A stretch of DNA of 64,000 nucleotides from Paracoccaceae bacterium (lineage in GTDB: Bacteria; Pseudomonadota; Alphaproteobacteria; Rhodobacterales; Rhodobacteraceae), in assembly GCA_030066905.1 (NCBI GenBank), contig JASJAR010000008.1:42932-106931 (forward strand), read 5' to 3'. The notes below the pieces were generated by a model that saw only the letters and a list, made by a program, of their open reading frames with translations, was not told the origin of the DNA and ran no database searches. Of this stretch, positions 31,949-41,989 are shown in pieces; position 1 is the stretch's first letter, and each line of letters starts with the position of its first letter. The translations under genes and the position numbers were made by a program.

Positions 31949-33552
31949 TGCCCGAGGATGCGCCGGACTTCGGCGAGAAGCCCCTCGCGCGGCACCTCGA
32001 CCTGCTGGGGCCGGTCGGCCCATTCGGCCTGGCTCGCGGTCTCGGCGATCTTGGCGCCGAGAACGAGGTCCTTGACCTGCACAACGCCCCGCGCCCGCTC
32101 GTCCTCGCCCTGGATCACGGCGACCGGGGCGCCACGTTTGTCGGCGTATTTCAACTGGTTGCCGAAGTTCTTGGGGTTGCCGAGATAGACCTCGGCGCGG
32201 ATGCCAGCCGCCCGCAGCTCGGCGGCCATTGCCTGGTAGTCCGCCATCCGGTCGCGGTCCATGACGGTGACGACCACCGGACCTTCCGCCTGTCCATCGA
32301 ACCGCCCCTTGGCCTCGAGCGCGGCCAGAAGCCGGTCGACCCCGATGGAAACACCGGTGGCCGGGACGGGCTGTCCGGTGAAGCGCTTGACGAGATCGTC
32401 ATAGCGCCCGCCCCCGGCCACCGAGCCGAAGCGCGCCAGACCCTCGCCGATAAGCTCGGCTTCGAAAACGGGGCCGGTGTAGTAGCCGAGGCCGCGGACG
32501 ACGGTGGGGTCGATGATGATACGGTCGGCCGAATAGAATTGTTTCTGAGAATACCAAACAATATCAATAAGTTCATCGAGACCGGCTCTGAAACTGTTGT
32601 CGATCCCGAGAAGCCCGTCGAAATAGTCTATCCACGCTCCATTGAGTCTCTTTTCATCTAACAACGGATCGACTGTCTTCGTTTCTGGGTCGAGTTCGGT
32701 TCTCGACGGCTTACCGCGCAAAGCACGAAGCGCGCTCAACGCCTCTGCGCCGCGTTCGCCGGGCGACGTCGATCTTGAAACGAGCTTTCGTTCAAGGTTC
32801 GCCGGGGCGTCAGCAAACTGCATGATCGTATCGATCTGATTAACCGCCAGCCCCGCCCCTTCGGTGAAATCCCCGCTCTCGTCCTTGCGCCCCTCCCCAA
32901 GCAGCGCCCGCACCCCGTCCGGTCCCAACCGGTCGAGCTTGTCGATGGCCCGGAGCACAATTCCCCGCGTCCGTTCATCGTCCTCGGCGATCCCGGCCAC
33001 CTCCAGCACGCCATTAAGCACCTTCCGGTTGTTCACCCGGATCACATACTCACCGCGATCTATCCCCACCGCCTCCAGCGCGTCGGCGAGCATCATGCAC
33101 ATCTCGGCATCGGCGGCCGCACTCGCCGTCCCCACTGTGTCGGCATCACATTGATAAAACTGCCGAAACCGCCCCGGACCCGGCTTCTCGTTCCGCCAGA
33201 CGGTGCCCATCGCAAATCGCCTGTAGGGCGTCGGCAGATCGTTCCGGTGCTGGGCGAAGACGCGCGCGAGCGGGGCGGTGAGGTCGTAGCGGAGCGCCAG
33301 CCAGTCGCCGTCCCCGTCCTCCTGCCAGGCGAAGACGCCCTCGTTGGGGCGATCGACATCCGGAAGGAACTTCCCCAGCGCCTCGACGGTCTCGACGGCG
33401 GCGCTTTCGAGCGGGTCGAACCCCCAGAGACGGTAGACCTCGGCGATGTCGGCCAGCATCTCCTGGCGGCGCTCGACGTCGGCGCCGAAATAGTCGCGGA
33501 AGCCTTTCGGCGTCTCCGCCTTGGGGCGGGGGGTTTTCTTCTGCTTCGCCAT
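31945..33552 (-). CDS. hisS: histidine--tRNA ligase (535 aa, enlarged insertion domain)
   Basis: ATG at 33552 gives [23 protein letters not shown]. Contains [39 protein letters not shown] and GGGRYD. Confidence 0.9.
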   Translation of the reverse strand: MAKQKKTPRPKAETPKGFRDYFGADVERRQEMLADIAEVYRLWGFDPLESAAVETVEALGKFLPDVDRPNEGVFAWQEDGDGDWLALRYDLTAPLARVFAQHRNDLPTPYRRFAMGTVWRNEKPGPGRFRQFYQCDADTVGTASAAADAEMCMMLADALEAVGIDRGEYVIRVNNRKVLNGVLEVAGIAEDDERTRGIVLRAIDKLDRLGPDGVRALLGEGRKDESGDFTEGAGLAVNQIDTIMQFADAPANLERKLVSRSTSPGERGAEALSALRALRGKPSRTELDPETKTVDPLLDEKRLNGAWIDYFDGLLGIDNSFRAGLDELIDIVWYSQKQFYSADRIIIDPTVVRGLGYYTGPVFEAELIGEGLARFGSVAGGGRYDDLVKRFTGQPVPATGVSIGVDRLLAALEAKGRFDGQAEGPVVVTVMDRDRMADYQAMAAELRAAGIRAEVYLGNPKNFGNQLKYADKRGAPVAVIQGEDERARGVVQVKDLVLGAKIAETASQAEWADRPQQVEVPREGLLAEVRRILGQ

Positions 33553-33709
33553 GGACGGGTGGCCCGGGTTCGAGGTCGCGCGGGGTCTAGCGGAAGGGCC
33601 GGGCCGGGGCAAGGCGAGGTACAAAGCGCATGTCTGCAAAGCGTATGGCAAAGTGTCGGCTTTTCGTATGGCAGATGATCTGGCATCGCCCCCGTGCTAG
33701 GAGGGCGCC

Positions 33710-33916
33710 ATGACCGACAACGGCACCGATCTCGAAGAACGCATCGCCCATCTCGAACGACTCGCCGAGGACCTTTCAGACGAGGTCGCCCGGCTTGCAA
33801 GGGCGCTGGCCGCCGCCGAGGCACGCCTCGCGCGGCTCACCGAGCGGGAGGCGGAGCGCGAGCTTGACGCGGGCGCGTCGGTCCCGCTCGCCGATCAGCG
33901 ACCGCCGCATTGGTAG
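33710..33916 (+). CDS. slyX: SlyX family protein
   Basis: 68-aa coiled-coil starting LEERIAHLERLAEDLSDEV and ending in PPHW (E. coli SlyX ends in PPPHY). Confidence 0.8.
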   Translation: MTDNGTDLEERIAHLERLAEDLSDEVARLARALAAAEARLARLTEREAERELDAGASVPLADQRPPHW

Positions 33917-33938
33917 AGGTGGCGGGCTGAAGCCCGCC

Positions 33939-36900
33939 CTACGCCACGTCTTCGACCGCCGCCACACCGGGGAGCGACTTCAGCGCCGAGCGGATCTCGG
34001 GCGTCATCGGCCAGCCGTCGCCGAGCTCGATATCGACCTCGCCGACGGGCAGGCCGAGAGGCGCGATCCGCACCTCGCCCCGGCCCCTGACGGCGGCATC
34101 TTCGCGGTAGCGGTCGAGGAGCGAGCGCACCGAGACGGCGCCTTCGGGCGCATCGATGAAGACCCGCACCGCCATGTCGCCAGCATCGGCGGCTACCGTG
34201 TCGAGCGGAGTGACCGAGCGGGCCACGGGGTCGAAGCCGCCGTCGTTGAAGCGGGCCTCCAGCGTCATCACCACGCGCAGGCCCTGTTCGAAGACCCTGC
34301 GCGACGCCTCGAAGTCTTCGGGGAACAGCGCCATGCCCGGCACCGTGAGCGTGGGGTCGGAGATCGTCATCCGGAAGAACCGCGTCCCCCGGCCCGATTT
34401 CCGGTCCTGGAGCCCCGAGACCATCACCCCGACCCGGCCCACGGCCCCGCCGTCGCGCTCGGCCTTGTCGCGAAGCTCGGCCAGCGTCGTGCAGCCCTTC
34501 CGCTTGAGTGCCGCGAGATAATCGTCGAGCGGGTGGCCGGAAAGGTAAAAACCCACCGCCTCGTGCTCGGCTTCCAGCCGGTCGGAGGCGAGCCAGTCCT
34601 CGGCCGGCGAGAGCCGCGGCTCGGGGAGGTCGTCGCCGGCCTCGCCGAAAAGCGAGACCTGGGCCGAGGCGCGCTGGTCGTGGATGGCGGCCGAATAGGC
34701 CGTCAGCGCATCGAGGCTCTGGAAAACCCGGGCGCGGTTCGGGTCGAGCTCGTCGAAGGCCCCGGCCCTGCTGAGCATCTCAAGCGGCCGCTTGCCGATG
34801 CGGCGAAGGTCCACCCGGCGGGCGAAGTCGAAGAGCGTGGCGAAGGGTTTGTCTGGGGTAGCCCCGCCCTGGACCTGATCCGGGGCCTCGTGCGGACCGT
34901 CGCGCCCGGTGGCACGGGGCCCCTGCTCTGCGGCCGGGGCGGGGCGAGCTTGGCGGCGGGCCTCGACGATGAGCCGCATCGCCTCGACCCCGACATTCTT
35001 CAACGCCCCCAAAGCATAGACGATTCTGCCGTCCGCGACCGAGAACATCGCCTCGGAGCGGTTCACGCAAGGCGGCACGATCTCGATCCCGAGCCCGCGC
35101 CGCACCTCCTCGGCATAGACGGCAAGCTTGTCGGTCAGATGGAGGTCGCAGTTCATGACGCCGGCCATGAACTCCACGGGGTGGTTGGCCTTGAGCCAGG
35201 CCGTCTGGTAGCTGACCACGGCATAGGCCGCGGCGTGGGATTTGTTGAAGCCGTAATTGGCGAACTTGTCGAGGAGGTTCCAGACCTCCAGCGCCTTCTT
35301 CTCGTCGACGCCGTTATCCTTGGCACCTGCGAGGAATTTCGGGCGTTCGGCATCCATCGCGGCCTGGATCTTCTTGCCCATTGCCCGGCGCAGAAGGTCC
35401 GCACCGCCCAAAGAATAGCCGGCCATCTTCCGGGCGATCTCCATCACCTGTTCCTGGTAGACGATGATGCCTTGCGTCTCGTCGAGGATGGGATCGATCA
35501 ACGGGTGGATGCTCTCGCGCTCGGCCCGGTCGTTCTTGACGTCGCAATATTTCGGGATGTTCTCCATCGGCCCCGGGCGGTAGAGCGCGACGAGGGCAAC
35601 GATGTCTTCGATTGAGGTGGGTTTCATCCGCACCAGGGCATCCATCATGCCCGAGCTTTCCACCTGGAAGACGGCGACGGTCTTGGCGGCGGAATAGAGC
35701 TCGTAGGTCTTTTCGTCGTCGAGCGGGATCGCGTTGATGTCGAGTTCAACTCCGCGTTCGGCCAGAAGGTCGAGGGCGTTCTGGATCACGGTCAGCGTCT
35801 TCAGCCCGAGAAAGTCGAACTTCACAAGGCCGGCCTGCTCGACCCATTTCATGTTGAACTGGGTTGCGGGCATGTCCGAGCGGGGGTCCTGGTAGAGCGG
35901 GACGAGCTTGTCGAGCGCGCGGTCGCCGATCACCACACCGGCGGCATGGGTGGAGGCGTTGCGCAAGAGACCTTCGACCTGGGCGCCGTAGGTCAGGAGC
36001 CGGTCGACGACCTCTTCGGCCTTGGCCTCTTCGCGAAGACGCGGCTCGTCGGCCAGGGCTTTCTCGATGGAAACGGGCTTCACCCCTTCGATGGGGATGA
36101 GCTTCGAGAGCCGGTCGACCTGGCCGTAGGGCATTTGCAGCACCCGGCCGATGTCGCGGACGGCGGCTTTCGACAGGAGCGCGCCGAAAGTGATGATCTG
36201 GCCGACCCGGTCGCGGCCGTATTTCTCCTGCACGTAGGCGATGACCTCTTCACGGCGGTCCATGCAGAAGTCGATGTCGAAGTCGGGCATCGAGACCCGT
36301 TCGGGGTTGAGGAACCGTTCGAAGAGGAGGCCGTAGCGCAAGGGGTCGAGATCGGTGATGGTGAGTGCATAGGCCACAAGCGAGCCCGCGCCCGAGCCCC
36401 GGCCGGGGCCGACGGGGATGCTTTGGTCCTTGGCCCATTTGATGAAGTCGGCGACGATCAGGAAGTAGCCCGGAAAGCCCATGCCTTCGATGACACCGAG
36501 TTCGTAGTCGAGCCGGGCCTCGTACTCGGCGAGGGGTGCGGCGGGCTCGATGGCCGCAAGGCGGGCGGTCAGGCCGTCGCGGGCCTGTTTGCGGAGTTCC
36601 TCGACCTCGTTTTCGGCGAATTTCGGCAGGATCGGGTCGTGGCGGGAGACGGCAAAGGCGCAGCGGCGGGCGATTTCGATGGTGTTCAGGGTTGCCTCGG
36701 GGAGGTCGGCGAAGAGGGCGGCCATTTCGGCGGGCGACTTGAAGTAGTGCTGCGGCGTGAGGCGGCGGCGGGGGGCCTGCTGGTCGACGTAAGCCCCTTC
36801 GGCGATGCAGATGAGCGCGTCATGGGCCTCGTACATCGAGGGCTCCGGGAAATAGACGTCGTTGGTGGCCACGAGCGGGAGGGCCTTTTGGTAGGCCAGC

Positions 36901-37487
36901 GCGACGGTGGCGGCCTCTGTGGTGCGTTCGGCCTCGGGGGCCGCGCCTTCGGTGGGGTGGCGCTGAAGCTCCACATAGAGCCGGTCGCCGAAGGCGGCGG
37001 CGAGCCGGTCGAGAAGGGCGGCCGCCTGGGTCTGGCGGCCGGACGCGATCAGGCGGCCGAGGGGGCCGTCGGGCCCGCCGGTGAGGCAGATCAGGCCGCC
37101 GGCATGGGCGGTGAGCGTATCGAGTGTGACCTCTGCGCGGGCCCCGCCCGCACCGAGATAGAGCGCGGAGTTGAGCGCCATGAGGTTTTCGTAGCCGGCC
37201 CGGTTCTGGGCGAGAAGGACGAGGGGGGCCGGCGGGTTCGGGTTGGCGCCCTCGCGGGCGGGGTCGAAGGCGAGGTCGACCTGGCAGCCGACGATGGGCT
37301 GGATGCCGGCGTCGAGGGCGGTGACGGAAAACTCGAGCGCGGCGAACATGTTGTTGGTGTCGGTGAGCGCCACAGCGGGCATGCCGTTCGCCGCACAGAG
37401 CTTCGGCAGGGCCTTCAGCCGCACCGCTCCTTCGAGCAGCGAATATTCGGAATGGACGCGGAGATGGATGAATCGGGGGCTGCTCAT
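33939..37487 (-). CDS. dnaE: DNA polymerase III subunit alpha
   Basis: 1182 aa. PHP domain MSSPRFIHLRVHSEYSLLEGA, then the palm/fingers, HhH and OB-fold regions. Confidence 0.97.
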   Translation of the reverse strand: MSSPRFIHLRVHSEYSLLEGAVRLKALPKLCAANGMPAVALTDTNNMFAALEFSVTALDAGIQPIVGCQVDLAFDPAREGANPNPPAPLVLLAQNRAGYENLMALNSALYLGAGGARAEVTLDTLTAHAGGLICLTGGPDGPLGRLIASGRQTQAAALLDRLAAAFGDRLYVELQRHPTEGAAPEAERTTEAATVALAYQKALPLVATNDVYFPEPSMYEAHDALICIAEGAYVDQQAPRRRLTPQHYFKSPAEMAALFADLPEATLNTIEIARRCAFAVSRHDPILPKFAENEVEELRKQARDGLTARLAAIEPAAPLAEYEARLDYELGVIEGMGFPGYFLIVADFIKWAKDQSIPVGPGRGSGAGSLVAYALTITDLDPLRYGLLFERFLNPERVSMPDFDIDFCMDRREEVIAYVQEKYGRDRVGQIITFGALLSKAAVRDIGRVLQMPYGQVDRLSKLIPIEGVKPVSIEKALADEPRLREEAKAEEVVDRLLTYGAQVEGLLRNASTHAAGVVIGDRALDKLVPLYQDPRSDMPATQFNMKWVEQAGLVKFDFLGLKTLTVIQNALDLLAERGVELDINAIPLDDEKTYELYSAAKTVAVFQVESSGMMDALVRMKPTSIEDIVALVALYRPGPMENIPKYCDVKNDRAERESIHPLIDPILDETQGIIVYQEQVMEIARKMAGYSLGGADLLRRAMGKKIQAAMDAERPKFLAGAKDNGVDEKKALEVWNLLDKFANYGFNKSHAAAYAVVSYQTAWLKANHPVEFMAGVMNCDLHLTDKLAVYAEEVRRGLGIEIVPPCVNRSEAMFSVADGRIVYALGALKNVGVEAMRLIVEARRQARPAPAAEQGPRATGRDGPHEAPDQVQGGATPDKPFATLFDFARRVDLRRIGKRPLEMLSRAGAFDELDPNRARVFQSLDALTAYSAAIHDQRASAQVSLFGEAGDDLPEPRLSPAEDWLASDRLEAEHEAVGFYLSGHPLDDYLAALKRKGCTTLAELRDKAERDGGAVGRVGVMVSGLQDRKSGRGTRFFRMTISDPTLTVPGMALFPEDFEASRRVFEQGLRVVMTLEARFNDGGFDPVARSVTPLDTVAADAGDMAVRVFIDAPEGAVSVRSLLDRYREDAAVRGRGEVRIAPLGLPVGEVDIELGDGWPMTPEIRSALKSLPGVAAVEDVA
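34854..34952. repeat. family-1 repeat core embedded in frame in dnaE (about 33 codons)
   Basis: The plus strand reads gccctggacctgatccggggcctcg..ccggtggcacggggcccc..ccggggcg, against copy 8 gccccggacgtgatccggggcctcg..ccggtgggtcggggcccc..ccggggcg (first block 23/25 by eye). It encodes QARPAPAAEQGPRATGRDGPHEAPDQVQGGATP between EAR and DKPFATLFDF. Confidence 0.45.
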
Positions 37488-37529
37488 AGCAGACGATGCT
37501 AGCGCAGCATCAAGTGGTGCGCCACCGGG

Positions 37530-38345
37530 CTACCGCAGGATTTGGTAGCTCGTCACCGTGCTGCGGAAGTAAGGCGCATAGGTCCCTTCGCGGATGTAGC
37601 CGACTTCGCCCTCGGTCGGGATCCGCCGACCGCCGATCTCGGCATAATTGCCGAAGACCGCGCGCCAGTCCCGCAACGCGCAGGTGCCGTCGGCGTCTTG
37701 CTCGGCGGGGCGGTCATCGGCGCGCATTTCGACGATATCGCCGGCGACGAGGCGAAACCGGACAGCGGCCGGGCGCGGATCGAGCGGCAGGCTGGCCTCG
37801 ATCCAGCCGTCGTCGCGCTCGGTCCAGACGATTTCGGGGTTGCCGAGGATCGCATCGGGTATCCACGGAAGCTCGGCAAGATATCGCATGGCTTCGGCCC
37901 GGTCGATCTCGGTCCCTTCGGCATCCGCCACCGGGATCGACCCGAACAGGCGCACCGAAAGCCGGCCCTCGCCGCCAACATAGGCGTCGATCACCCGGGC
38001 CTTCGGGACCAGAACGCCGGGGGTTTCGGCAAACCAGACGAAGCCCGGTGCGCCGAGGCCGAAGGTCTGGGTGGCAGGGGCCGGGTCGAACGGCAGCCCC
38101 GGGGCGCGTTGCAACGCCGCGTCCTGGGTCAGCCGAACGGCGCGGGCCGGGCCGTTCTGCCCCGCCCCGTTTCGCTCCGCGAACCTGCGCATCGCCGGGG
38201 GCGGCGACGCGGCACGGGTCGCCGGACCCGAGCCGAGCATGTCCGAGAGTGCCTGAGCCCGGGCCGCAAAGCGGGCGCTGCCGACAAGGTGGGCAAGGAC
38301 CGCCAGAACAACGAGGCAGGCGACAAAAAGAAGAAGGAAGCGCAT
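37530..38345 (-). CDS. hypothetical membrane-anchored protein (DUF6544-like)
   Basis: 271 aa with N-terminal TM MRFLLLFVACLVVLAVLAHL. No catalytic motif recognised. The family call is from memory and tentative. Confidence 0.45.
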   Translation of the reverse strand: MRFLLLFVACLVVLAVLAHLVGSARFAARAQALSDMLGSGPATRAASPPPAMRRFAERNGAGQNGPARAVRLTQDAALQRAPGLPFDPAPATQTFGLGAPGFVWFAETPGVLVPKARVIDAYVGGEGRLSVRLFGSIPVADAEGTEIDRAEAMRYLAELPWIPDAILGNPEIVWTERDDGWIEASLPLDPRPAAVRFRLVAGDIVEMRADDRPAEQDADGTCALRDWRAVFGNYAEIGGRRIPTEGEVGYIREGTYAPYFRSTVTSYQILR

Positions 38346-38457
38346 CTGTTCCAGTATGGGGCAAGCGCGGGGCGGCCGCCCTGCGTGAGATCAGCTTGAT
38401 GGTTAGTAGCCTGGCTTAGTGTCTTGACCAGGTGCCGCTGCGCTGTTACTTAGCCAT

Positions 38458-38796
38458 ATGACTAACCATCTCGACAGTTTCTTCGCCGCCCTCTCCGACC
38501 CCACGCGGCGGGCGGTGATCGAGCGGCTGGCGACCGGGCCGGCGCCCGTGAGCGAACTGCACGCGCCGCACGACATGGCGTTGCCGACCTTTCTGACCCA
38601 TCTGAAACGCCTCGAGGCCGCCGGGCTGGTGCGGAGCGAAAAGATCGGGCGTGTGCGCACCGTCCATATCGAGGCCGCCCCGCTCGCCGAGGCCGAAGAC
38701 TGGCTCGCCCGCCACCGGCGGATCTGGGAACGCCGGCTCGACCGGTTGGCGGATCTCGCCGAACGCATTGAACGCAGCGAAGGAAAAAGATCATGA
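38458..38796 (+). CDS. ArsR/SmtB family transcriptional regulator
   Basis: 112 aa. FFAALSDPTRRAVIERLATGPAPVSELHAPHDMALPTFLTHLKRLEAAGLV is the winged-HTH region. Confidence 0.85.
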   Translation: MTNHLDSFFAALSDPTRRAVIERLATGPAPVSELHAPHDMALPTFLTHLKRLEAAGLVRSEKIGRVRTVHIEAAPLAEAEDWLARHRRIWERRLDRLADLAERIERSEGKRS

Positions 38797-39266
38797 CATT
38801 GAACACAGGGCATTTCGAGTTCAAACGCAGCCTCGCCCTGCCGCCGGAGCGGCTCTGGGAGGTGCTCACCGACCCCAGGCACCGCGAGAACTGGGGTGCG
38901 CCGGAAGAAGGCATGGTGCTGACCGTCGAAACCGCCGATCTCAGCGAGGGCGGGCAGGACCGGCACCGGTGCGGGCCCGCCGAGGCACCCGATTTCGTCG
39001 TCGACACGCGCTGGTACCGGCTCGAGGCGCCGCACCGGGCGGTCTTTACCGAAACCGTGATCGTCGGCGATGAGGCGGTCGCCACGAGCCTTGTCACCTA
39101 TGCGCTCGGCGCGGCGGGCCGGGGCACCGCGCTGGAGGTCGGTGTCGCCGTTTCCTCCTTCGTCGGACCCGAGGCGGCGTCGGAGTTTCACGCCGGCTGG
39201 GAGGGCGGGCTTGCCAATCTCGACGCCTATCTCGCCAAGCTCGACGCGACCGCAGGTGCGGCCTAG
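38793..39266 (+). CDS. SRPBCC (AHSA1/START-like) domain protein 1
   Basis: 157 aa with a 4-nt overlap with arsR. Contains ERLWEVLTDPRHRENWGAP. Confidence 0.7.
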   Translation: MTLNTGHFEFKRSLALPPERLWEVLTDPRHRENWGAPEEGMVLTVETADLSEGGQDRHRCGPAEAPDFVVDTRWYRLEAPHRAVFTETVIVGDEAVATSLVTYALGAAGRGTALEVGVAVSSFVGPEAASEFHAGWEGGLANLDAYLAKLDATAGAA

Positions 39267-39287
39267 CCCGGCGCCCGGAGAGCGACG

Positions 39288-39752
39288 ATGGAGCAGGACT
39301 TCCAGACATTCGAAGTGGTGCGGGACATCGCGGCGGACCCGGCGACGGTCTTCCGGCTCTGGACCGACGCGGACCTCAAGGAGCGGTGGTTCTGCGCGGA
39401 CGCCAACGGCTGGCGCCATGGCCCCTACAGGGCCGACCTCCGGGCCGGCGGCGGCGAAACGGTGACCTTCACCAACGGCGACGGGGAGAGTTTCACCTAC
39501 CATAGCCACATCTTTCACATCCGCGACCGGGCCCGGCTCGTCTACGGCTACGTAATGGAGAGCGACGAAGGCCCGATCTCGGTGAGCCAGGCGACCGTCG
39601 CGATCGAAGGCAGGTCGGGAGGGACCCGGGTGAGATATACCGAACAGGCGGTGTTTCTCGATGGCGGCGACAGTCTCGCGACCCGGGTTCCGGGATGCGA
39701 GGATGTTATGAATCATCTCAAGGCGGCAGCGGAGGACATGGAAGATGCCTGA
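39288..39752 (+). CDS. SRPBCC domain protein 2
   Basis: 154 aa. Contains DPATVFRLWTDADLKERWF. Confidence 0.7.
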   Translation: MEQDFQTFEVVRDIAADPATVFRLWTDADLKERWFCADANGWRHGPYRADLRAGGGETVTFTNGDGESFTYHSHIFHIRDRARLVYGYVMESDEGPISVSQATVAIEGRSGGTRVRYTEQAVFLDGGDSLATRVPGCEDVMNHLKAAAEDMEDA

Positions 39753-40221
39753 GTTCAATCCAGAGACCGACCTGGAGATTGCGCGGGTGATCCGGTCTGC
39801 GCCCGAGACGATCTGGCGCTGCTGGGCGGAGCCGGAGCTTTTCAAGCAATGGTTCACCCCACCGGGCGTGGAGGTGACCGATTGCGAGAACGTTCTCGAA
39901 CCGGGCGGGCGTGCCTATACGGTGATGAAGCTGCCCGACGGGTCTCAGATGCCCCTCGATGGCTGTTTTCTGCTGGCCGACTTTCCCCGGCGGCTGGTCT
40001 ATACCGACGCGATGGTCGCGGGCTTCCGCCCCAAGGGCGAGGCGTTCATGTGCGTCGATGTCACGCTGACGCCGGTCGACGGCGGGACGCGCTATCATGC
40101 CCATGTCATGCATCCGGGCGCCGACCAGCGCCAGGCCCATCTCGACATGGGTTTCGAGGAGGGCTGGGGGACGACATTCGAGCAACTCGACCGGCTGGCG
40201 GCCGGGCTTGAGGCGGGATGA
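39745..40221 (+). CDS. SRPBCC domain protein 3
   Basis: 158 aa. Contains APETIWRCWAEPELFKQWFTP. 8-nt overlap with the previous gene. Confidence 0.7.
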   Translation: MPEFNPETDLEIARVIRSAPETIWRCWAEPELFKQWFTPPGVEVTDCENVLEPGGRAYTVMKLPDGSQMPLDGCFLLADFPRRLVYTDAMVAGFRPKGEAFMCVDVTLTPVDGGTRYHAHVMHPGADQRQAHLDMGFEEGWGTTFEQLDRLAAGLEAG

Positions 40222-40258
40222 CCCTCGACCGAGCGGGAGTGGCCCCCTCGCCTGTCCG

Positions 40259-40411
40259 GTCCCCCCGCCCTGGATCGAAGATGCACCCGTTCCGGGCTCT
40301 GCGCGGGACCTCGATCTGCCCAGCGCGCGATGGGATCGGGGCCGCGGATCGGGGCCGGGGCAGGTCGCGCCGGGCGTCGTCGGCCTCAAGCGAGAGCACC
40401 AGAGACCGGCC
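40259..40411 (-). repeat. family-1 repeat, copy 6 (degenerate)
   Basis: cccgttccgggctctgcgcgggacCTCGATctgcccagcgcgcgatgggATCGGggccgcggatcggggccgggg..., with the arm ...caagcgagagcaccagagaccggcc. It is recognisable only by alignment to copy 1. Confidence 0.45.
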
Positions 40412-40591
40412 GTGCGCGACCAGCGAGGTGGCGGACTGCCGCCCTCGCGTCGGCGCAGGCGGCCACTCCGGACGCTCAAGGTCTTGAAACCCCCTCACAG
40501 CCGCGCTCTTATCCCCGCCAGCGCGCTCTCTACGCCGCATCGACGGCGCGCTTGACGCGGAACGGGTTCGGGTAAGGCGGCGGGATTTACG

Positions 40592-41989
40592 ATGGAGATC
40601 AGCTTTCGCCTCAACGGCGAAGACGTCGTGGTGGCGGACCAGCCGTCCACGCGGACGCTTCTCGACTGGCTGCGCGAGGACCGGGGCCTTGCCGGCACCA
40701 AGGAGGGCTGCAACGAGGGCGATTGCGGGGCCTGTACGGTGATGGTCACCGACGAGGGCGGCGCCCGGGCGCTCAACGCCTGCATCCTGTTCCTGCCCCA
40801 GCTTCACGGGAAGGCGGTGCGCACGGTCGAAGGCATTGCGGGGCCGGACGGCACCCTCCATCCGGTGCAGGAGGCGATGGTCGCCCACCACGGCAGCCAA
40901 TGCGGGTTCTGCACGCCGGGATTTGTGGTGTCGATGGCGACGGCGCATCTCAACGGGCGGCGGGATTTTGACGATGCGCTGGCGGGGAACCTCTGCCGGT
41001 GTACCGGGTATGCGCCGATCGTGCGGGCGGCGGAGGCGGCGGCGGACGCACCGGTGCCCGAGTGGATGCGGGATGAGGTGCCGGGGGTGCACAAAGGGGT
41101 GGTGGGTGAACCTGCGCCGCCGGCGCAGGACCACCCACCCTACCTTCCCGATCATAGCGACGGGCTGGCCGAATGGTATGCCGCCCATCCCGAGGCGACG
41201 CTCATTGCCGGGGCGACCGATGTGGGGCTCTGGGTGACGAAGGAGCTTCGCGACCTCGGGCCGGTGGCCTTCCTGAACCGCTGTGAAGACCTAAAGACCA
41301 TCGAGGAGCGGGGCGACCGGCTCTGGATCGGCGCGGGAGCGACGATGGCCGCCGTGCTGGGCGCGGTCCGCGACCGCTTTCCCTCCTACGCCGAGATGAT
41401 CCGCCGCTACGGCTCGGACCAGGTGCGGCAGGCCGCGACCATCGGCGGCAACATCGCCAACGGCTCGCCCATCGGGGACAACCCGCCGCCGCTTATCGCC
41501 ATGGGCGCGGTGTTGCATCTGCGCAGGAAGGACGCCCGCCGGGAGATGCCGCTCGAGGCTTTCTTCCTCGACTACGGCAAACAGGACCGCGAGCCCGGCG
41601 AGTTCGTCGAGGCCGTGACGATCCCGGCCGAGGCGCCCGACCTCAGGGTCTACAAGCTCTCGAAGCGGTTCGATCAGGATATCTCGGCGGTTTGCGGGGC
41701 TTTCAACCTGACCGTCGAGGGCGCGCGCGTGACCGAGGCGCGGATCGCCTTCGGCGGGATGGCGGGCATCCCGAAACGGGCCGCCGCCGTCGAGGCCGCG
41801 CTCATCGGCGCGCCCTGGACCGACGCGACGGTGCGGGCGGCGATGGAGAGGATCGGCGAGGATTTCACGCCGCTGTCGGATATGCGCGCCTCGGCCGCCT
41901 ACCGGTTGGAGGCGGCGGCCAACATGCTCCTGCGTTACTTCCACGACCGGAGCGGGGCGCCCGTCGAAGTGCTGGAGGTAACCCCGTGA
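40592..41989 (+). CDS. xdhA: xanthine dehydrogenase small subunit (2Fe-2S + FAD)
   Basis: 465 aa. Contains [25 protein letters not shown] and CRCTGY, plus an FAD-binding domain. Confidence 0.9.
   Translation: MEISFRLNGEDVVVADQPSTRTLLDWLREDRGLAGTKEGCNEGDCGACTVMVTDEGGARALNACILFLPQLHGKAVRTVEGIAGPDGTLHPVQEAMVAHHGSQCGFCTPGFVVSMATAHLNGRRDFDDALAGNLCRCTGYAPIVRAAEAAADAPVPEWMRDEVPGVHKGVVGEPAPPAQDHPPYLPDHSDGLAEWYAAHPEATLIAGATDVGLWVTKELRDLGPVAFLNRCEDLKTIEERGDRLWIGAGATMAAVLGAVRDRFPSYAEMIRRYGSDQVRQAATIGGNIANGSPIGDNPPPLIAMGAVLHLRRKDARREMPLEAFFLDYGKQDREPGEFVEAVTIPAEAPDLRVYKLSKRFDQDISAVCGAFNLTVEGARVTEARIAFGGMAGIPKRAAAVEAALIGAPWTDATVRAAMERIGEDFTPLSDMRASAAYRLEAAANMLLRYFHDRSGAPVEVLEVTP

Noticed and set aside
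38400-38470. Possible ArsR operator: GGTTAGT (38400-06) / ACTAACC (38461-67) and the near-palindrome TTAGCCATATGACTAA over the arsR start.
   Set aside because: The half-sites are 55 nt apart and the second palindrome is imperfect, so this cannot be distinguished from chance without comparative data.
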